A stretch of DNA of 64,000 nucleotides from Clostridia bacterium. Its GTDB lineage: Bacteria > Bacillota > Clostridia > TANB77 > CAG-508. The first letter of the stretch is position 1. Each line of letters begins with the position of its first letter. This document shows positions 59,171 through 64,000 of the stretch, one piece after another. The translations under genes and the position numbers were made by a program. The stretch spans positions 6,195-70,194 of the forward strand of contig CAAGKK010000037.1 of the NCBI GenBank assembly GCA_900770385.1, written 5' to 3'. Under the pieces are notes generated by a model. It ran no database searches and was not told the origin of the DNA. It worked only from the letters and a program-made list of their open reading frames with translations.

Positions 59171-60814
59171 ATGAAAAAATCTAACGAAGCAAAAAAGGTA
59201 GTAATCTATTGCAGAGAGAGTAGAGATGACTATGGAGAAAATTATGAAAGAATAGAAACGCAAAGAGACTTGCTAGTTAAATACTGTAAAAGTCATGGAT
59301 ATACTAATATTGTAGATATTATAATGGATGATGACAAAAGTGGAACAGATTTTAGTAGATTTGATGATATTAGAAAAAGAGCAAAGAATAAAGAAATAGA
59401 CATAATTGTTTTTAAAAATTCTGCAAGACTTGGAAGAAACCAAAAAGAAGCATTGAATTTTGTAGAATACTTAGAAGAACAAGGGGTAGAGATAATATTT
59501 GAAGATGAGCAATACAATGAGGAAATGTTTGGGTTATACGCATGGTTTAATGAAAGAAGAGCAAGAGATGATAGTAAAAATATAAGAAGAAATTTAAGAC
59601 ATAAAATTGAAGAAGGCGATTTATTAGTAAAAGCAATTTATGGATATAACAAAGATGGAAAAAGCCTTGTAATTAATGAAGAAACTGCCACCACGGTGCA
59701 AGAAATATTTGAATTATACTCTAAAAGTTGGGGATATCAAAAAATTGCAACTTACTTAAATAAAAAAGGAATACCAACTCCATCACAATCAAGAGGATTT
59801 TCAAATGCAAAACAAACAGCAAATTGGAAAGCGCAGCATATTGTAAGAATATTAGAGGATAGAAGATATACAGGAGCCTATGTTGGAGGACATACAGAAA
59901 AATTAAGCTTTAAATCTAAAAAAACAAGAGTAAAGCCAGAAGAAGAATGGACTATAATAGAAAATCATCATGAACCTATTATTGATAAAGAACTATTTGA
60001 AAAAGTTCAAAAAATTAGAAAGAAAAGAAAAAAAGAAAGTGATAAAATAAATAATGGTTTTAAATTTGTAGATACAGACAATAACTTATATTCAGGACTT
60101 TTATATTGCGGAAGATGTGGAATTCCAATGTATAAAAGAAAGGGAAATACTGGAACAAGAAAAAGACCAGATAGTTATTTATGCAAAAAGTATAGTAATG
60201 AAGGTGCAATAAAAGATATAAGACCAAATTATGGGTGTAAACCACACAGGATAAGAATAGAATATTTAGACGAAATTGTAAATGCATATATAGATAATTT
60301 AGTAAGTAATCCTGAATTTAAAAATTTTGTTATGGACAATGTAAAAGCAATTTCTACAAATAAAGCAACCTTAGAAAAAGAGTTAAACAAATCTAAACAA
60401 ACATTGGAAAAGCTAGAAAAACAATTTAAACAAGTATATGAAGATAAGCTAAATGATTTAATTCCAGAATTTATATATAAAGATAAAAAACAGGAATTAG
60501 AAAAGAAGATACAATATGAAAAAGAAAAATTGCAAGAAGCGGAAGGTAAATTCAATACACTAAACAAATTAGAAGATAAAGAAGATTTAATATTTAAAGC
60601 AATAGATGATATAAAGAAAAATGGATTAACAAAAGAAGAATTATCAAGACTATTTGATAAAATAGTAGTATTTGATAAAAATGAAATAACAAAAGAAGAA
60701 AAAGACTTGTATACCCTAAATGATATGATGTATAATGAATTATACGAAAACGGAGGGTTGCTATTTCATTTGAAATTTATGTACCCACAAACTATCACAA
60801 ACAGGAGGGTGTGA
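59171..60814 (+). CDS. Large serine recombinase of the murA element
   Basis: VVIYCRESRDD catalytic-Ser N-domain. Recombinase domain. Zn-ribbon CGRCGIPMY...YLCKKY...GCKPH. Coiled coil. The stop codon (60812-60814) lies 9 nt beyond the crossover, inside murA DNA. Confidence 0.9.
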   Translation: MKKSNEAKKVVIYCRESRDDYGENYERIETQRDLLVKYCKSHGYTNIVDIIMDDDKSGTDFSRFDDIRKRAKNKEIDIIVFKNSARLGRNQKEALNFVEYLEEQGVEIIFEDEQYNEEMFGLYAWFNERRARDDSKNIRRNLRHKIEEGDLLVKAIYGYNKDGKSLVINEETATTVQEIFELYSKSWGYQKIATYLNKKGIPTPSQSRGFSNAKQTANWKAQHIVRILEDRRYTGAYVGGHTEKLSFKSKKTRVKPEEEWTIIENHHEPIIDKELFEKVQKIRKKRKKESDKINNGFKFVDTDNNLYSGLLYCGRCGIPMYKRKGNTGTRKRPDSYLCKKYSNEGAIKDIRPNYGCKPHRIRIEYLDEIVNAYIDNLVSNPEFKNFVMDNVKAISTNKATLEKELNKSKQTLEKLEKQFKQVYEDKLNDLIPEFIYKDKKQELEKKIQYEKEKLQEAEGKFNTLNKLEDKEDLIFKAIDDIKKNGLTKEELSRLFDKIVVFDKNEITKEEKDLYTLNDMMYNELYENGGLLFHLKFMYPQTITNRRV

Positions 60815-61718
60815 TATTGGTTCTAGACCAATAGATTTACATCTTAAATCTTTTGAAAAACTAGGAGTAAATGTTAAAGAAGAGTTTGGAGAATTAATAT
60901 GCACAGCAGATGAAATAGTGGGAAATGATATTCATTTAGACTTTCCAAGTGTAGGTGCAACTGAAAATATAATGCTTGCTAGTGTACTAGCTAAAGGGGT
61001 AACTAAAATAAACAATGCAGCAATGGAACCAGAGATTATTGATTTGCAAAATGCATTAAATTCTATGGGAGCAAAAATAACAGGTGCAGGAACTAATAAT
61101 ATTATTATAAAAGGTGTAGAAAAATTAAAAGATTTGAGTTATAATATAATTCCAGATAGAATAGAAGCGGGAACTTTGCTATGTGCAGCAGCAATAACAG
61201 GAGGAAATATAAAATTACAAAAAGTTATTCCAGAACATATTGAAACATTAATCAACAAGCTAGAGGAAATGGGATGTCAAATAACTAAAAGTAAAAATGA
61301 AATTGTATTAAAAAGTCCTAAGAAACTAAGAGCAGTAGACATTAAAACACTGCCATACCCGGGATTCCCTACAGATTTGCAATCAATATTAGGAGTAACC
61401 TTAACAATAGCTAAAGGAACCTCAATTATAATAGAAAATATATTTGAAAATAGATATAAATATCTAAATGAACTTATAAAAATGGGAGCAAAAACCACAG
61501 TAGAAGGTAGAACAGCAGTAATAAAAGGAGTAAAAAGGTTAAACAAAGCAACTGTAAGAGCTACAGATTTACGAGGCGGAGCAGCTTTAATATTAGCTGG
61601 TTTAAATGCAAAAGGAAGGACAACAGTAGAAAATATAGAATATGTATTAAGAGGTTATGAAAATTTAGATAAAAAACTAACATCTTTAGGAGCAAATATA
61701 AGATTAGAAGAAATATAA
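60806..61718 (+). pseudogene. murA: murA 3' segment (from the last base of the Gly114 codon, then Gly115-Cys116, to the stop)
   Basis: (G)GCDIGSRPIDLHLKSFEKLGVNV...FPSVGATENIMLASVLAKG...FPGFPTDLQ...FENRYKYLNEL..ATDLRGGAALILAGL...LRGYENLDKKLTSLGANI. Confidence 0.9.
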
Positions 61719-61749
61719 AATATATTTGATTCAGAAGGAGAAAAAATAT

Positions 61750-62742
61750 ATGCCAAGAGCAAGTAAAAAAAATATGAAAAAGAAAAAGAATGACAATAGC
61801 TATAGCTCTGAAAATGAAATAATTATAGGTGTTACAACTAAACCTAAAAATGTACGAGTAGAAAATAAAAAAACTACTCGTACCAATAATAACAAAAAAA
61901 ATAATATGTCAAAACCTAAAAAAAGGACAAGCAAAAGCAAAGGAGTTCCTAAAAAAAATAGCAAAATACAAAATGATAAAGATCAGAAAATAAAAAAGAT
62001 TAACAGAAAAAAAGGAATCGCAGGATTTATAGTATTATTTTTGTTACTTGTATCAGGGACAATTTATATGTTAACAACACCAATGTTTAATATTACTAAT
62101 ATAGAAATAAGTGGAAATGAAAAGAATTCTGTAGAAACATATATTAGTTTAACCAAGGTAGAACTTAATACTACAAATATATTTGCAATAACTAAAAATA
62201 GCATAACTAAGAATTTAAAAGAAAATTCATATGTAGAAAAAGTAACAATAAAAAGAAAACTACCAAGTACTCTACAAATTAATATAGAAGAAAGAAAAGT
62301 AGCTTATCAAGTTAAATACAACAATCAATATATATATTTAGACAAACAGGGATATATATTAGAAATAGCTGATGAAAAAGAAAACATTGTAAAAATAGAA
62401 GGACTAACTAATTTAGAGAATTCTATAGACAAATCAAATAGATTGGGCGATGAAGATTTAACAAAACTAAATACAATAATAAAAATTATGAATTATTGCC
62501 AATACAATAGTATAGATAACCAAATTACATCTATAAACTGTAAAGACACATCAAATTATATTTTAACCTTAGAAAAAGAAAAGAAAATTGTGTATTTGGG
62601 AGATGCTACAAATTTAAGTGAAAGAATATTATGGTTGAAAACTTTATTAGAAAAAGAAAAAGGTAATAAAGGAGAGATATTTATTAATGGGGATTTAAGT
62701 AATAGAAAGGTATATTTTAAACCAGATAATAAAAAGGAGTAA
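61750..62742 (+). CDS. divIB: Cell division protein DivIB/FtsQ (basic N-terminus, TM, POTRA)
   Basis: TM followed by the POTRA-like ITNIEISGNEKNSVETY. Position after murA. The start was moved to the ATG behind RBS agaaggag. Confidence 0.75.
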   Translation: MPRASKKNMKKKKNDNSYSSENEIIIGVTTKPKNVRVENKKTTRTNNNKKNNMSKPKKRTSKSKGVPKKNSKIQNDKDQKIKKINRKKGIAGFIVLFLLLVSGTIYMLTTPMFNITNIEISGNEKNSVETYISLTKVELNTTNIFAITKNSITKNLKENSYVEKVTIKRKLPSTLQINIEERKVAYQVKYNNQYIYLDKQGYILEIADEKENIVKIEGLTNLENSIDKSNRLGDEDLTKLNTIIKIMNYCQYNSIDNQITSINCKDTSNYILTLEKEKKIVYLGDATNLSERILWLKTLLEKEKGNKGEIFINGDLSNRKVYFKPDNKKE

Positions 62743-62746
62743 TATT

Positions 62747-63475
62747 ATGAATAAAAAAGTTGTTTCAATTACTTTAGGAGTAATGTGTTTAATTCTAACA
62801 ATAGCAATAGTTGTACAATACAAAACAATTCAAAATGCTAATCATATAATAAATATTAGTGGAGCAAATAGCGAATTAAAAGCAGAAGTTTTAAACTGGA
62901 AAGAAAAATATGATGATGCATATTCTGATTTAGAAAAAGCAGAAAAGAAATTGGAAACACAAAGACAGCAAGCCACACAAAGAGGAGACAAGTCCTCAGA
63001 ATCTGAAAAAGAATTAAAAATAGCAAATTCAATTATAGGAACAATAGATGTAGCAGGTAAAGGAATTGTTGTAACTGTAGCAGATAATAAAAATGTTACA
63101 AATGATTCAATTAGTATATTAGACAATATTAGCAACTATTTAATTCATGATACAGATTTATTAACACTAGTAAATGAATTAAAAAATGCTGGAGCTGAAG
63201 CAATATCTATAAATGATGAAAGAATAACCAATTTAACTTCAATTACATGTGATGGAAATGTAATATTAATAAATGGAAACAAAATAAGTTCACCATTTAA
63301 GATAAAAGCTATAGGATCACAAGAAGCATTACTTGGAGCAATACAAAGACCAGGAGGATTTTTGGCACAGTTAAAAAAATTCGGATTGGTTTCAAGTGTA
63401 ACAAAACAAAACAAAATAACAATATATAAATATAATGGAATTATGGATTATAAATATATGAGAAACCAAAAATAA
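62747..63475 (+). CDS. DUF881 protein (YlxW/YlxX-like, division/sporulation associated)
   Basis: TM + coiled coil + GKGIVVTVAD...LVNELKNAGAEAISINDERI. Confidence 0.7.
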   Translation: MNKKVVSITLGVMCLILTIAIVVQYKTIQNANHIINISGANSELKAEVLNWKEKYDDAYSDLEKAEKKLETQRQQATQRGDKSSESEKELKIANSIIGTIDVAGKGIVVTVADNKNVTNDSISILDNISNYLIHDTDLLTLVNELKNAGAEAISINDERITNLTSITCDGNVILINGNKISSPFKIKAIGSQEALLGAIQRPGGFLAQLKKFGLVSSVTKQNKITIYKYNGIMDYKYMRNQK

Positions 63476-63498
63476 GTATTTCTTAGAGAGGTAAAAAT

Positions 63499-64000
63499 AT
63501 GAAAAAAGAAAAGATAGTAATTGTAATTACAATAGGAATTATGAGTTTATTATTAGCTTGTGTTATGTTTATGCAGTTCAAAGTGGTAAATGAAATAGAT
63601 GTATCAGAATTAGAATCATTAAGAGAAGATGAACTACAAAAGCTTGCATCAGAATGGAAAGAAAAATATGAAGAAACTAATACTAAGCTTCAAGATACTC
63701 AAACTAAAATAGCAGAATACAAAGAAAAATCAGAAAACAGTGATGAAACAGAAAAGTTAGTTGAGGAAGAATTAAAAGAAGCAAACTTAATATTAGGAAA
63801 AACAGATGTAATAGGAAATGGTATACAAGTTACACTTAAAGATACAGAAGATAAAGTATATGATGCGGAAGATTTACTAACATTAGTTAATGAACTTAGA
63901 GCAGCAGGAGCAGAAGCTATAAGTATAAATGGAGAAAGAGTTATTAATTTAACAGATATTGTAGATATATCAAGTAGATTTGTTTTAGTAAATAGCAATA
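63499..64000 (+). CDS. Second DUF881 protein, truncated by the window end
   Basis: MKKEKIVIVITIGIMSLLLA... GNGIQVTLKD...LVNELRAAGAEAISINGERV. It is open to the window edge and so is absent from the ORF track. Confidence 0.7.
   Translation, partial: MKKEKIVIVITIGIMSLLLACVMFMQFKVVNEIDVSELESLREDELQKLASEWKEKYEETNTKLQDTQTKIAEYKEKSENSDETEKLVEEELKEANLILGKTDVIGNGIQVTLKDTEDKVYDAEDLLTLVNELRAAGAEAISINGERVINLTDIVDISSRFVLVNSN

Larger units (their letters stand above)
56896..60805 (+). mobile_element. 3,910-bp murA-intervening element carrying a large serine recombinase
   Basis: Both junctions share CAGG in register (56892-56895 and 60802-60805). Joining 56895 to 60806 restores ...TYPGGCDIGSRPIDLH in frame. 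The reconstructed attP shows 16/24 dyad symmetry. Confidence 0.85.

Noticed and set aside
1-64000. tRNA, rRNA, tmRNA or known riboswitch elements.
   Set aside because: No T-loop-like GGTTCGAATCC-type motifs, no rRNA-like GC-rich blocks and no recognisable riboswitch cores were seen by eye. This is a visual scan only and a covariance-model scan is needed.

Overview
This is a visibly AT-rich chromosome segment of the Firmicutes/Clostridia type, from an endospore former. Sporulation markers present are veg, yabG, a SipL/SpoVID-like SPOCS+LysM protein, yunB, a spoIIID remnant, and SpoVD/SpoVE-type genes. The backbone is housekeeping. It includes ruvA-rarA, cdaA-truA, and a dcw block (mraZ-rsmH-ftsL-class B PBP-murE-mraY-ftsW-murG). 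It continues with topA-SNF2 helicase-trmFO, a P-type Ca-ATPase, addB-pgeF-ldcA-udg, leuS, topB and cysE. A second dcw block follows (murA-divIB-DUF881-DUF881). Two things stand out. (1) Two different genes are each interrupted by an element carrying a large serine recombinase (LSR) at its right end. murA is split exactly at its catalytic Cys codon by a complete 3,910-bp element (56896-60805) whose att sites can be read directly from the sequence. The C-terminal third of spoIIID (about 6032-6181) is fused to the end of a second LSR gene, so window positions 1 to about 6034 are the right part of a larger spoIIID-intervening element. (2) That larger element carries an ADP-ribosyltransferase-like gene. 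It also carries a type III (RNA antitoxin) toxin-antitoxin locus in which structured 46-48-nt repeats lie on both sides of the toxin gene. Smaller items:
- a RAYT/IS200-like Y1 transposase bracketed by inverted REP-like hairpins
- a 10-nt-phased AAGTG operator array at mraZ
- an ACAAAAG motif cluster between mraZ and rsmH
- direct repeats where murF would be expected
- an SD-sequestering hairpin upstream of murA
- a GC-rich hairpin element present twice, with a compensatory stem change
I saw no rRNA genes, tRNA genes or CRISPR arrays. All functional calls rest on motif and family recognition by eye. No database search was run.
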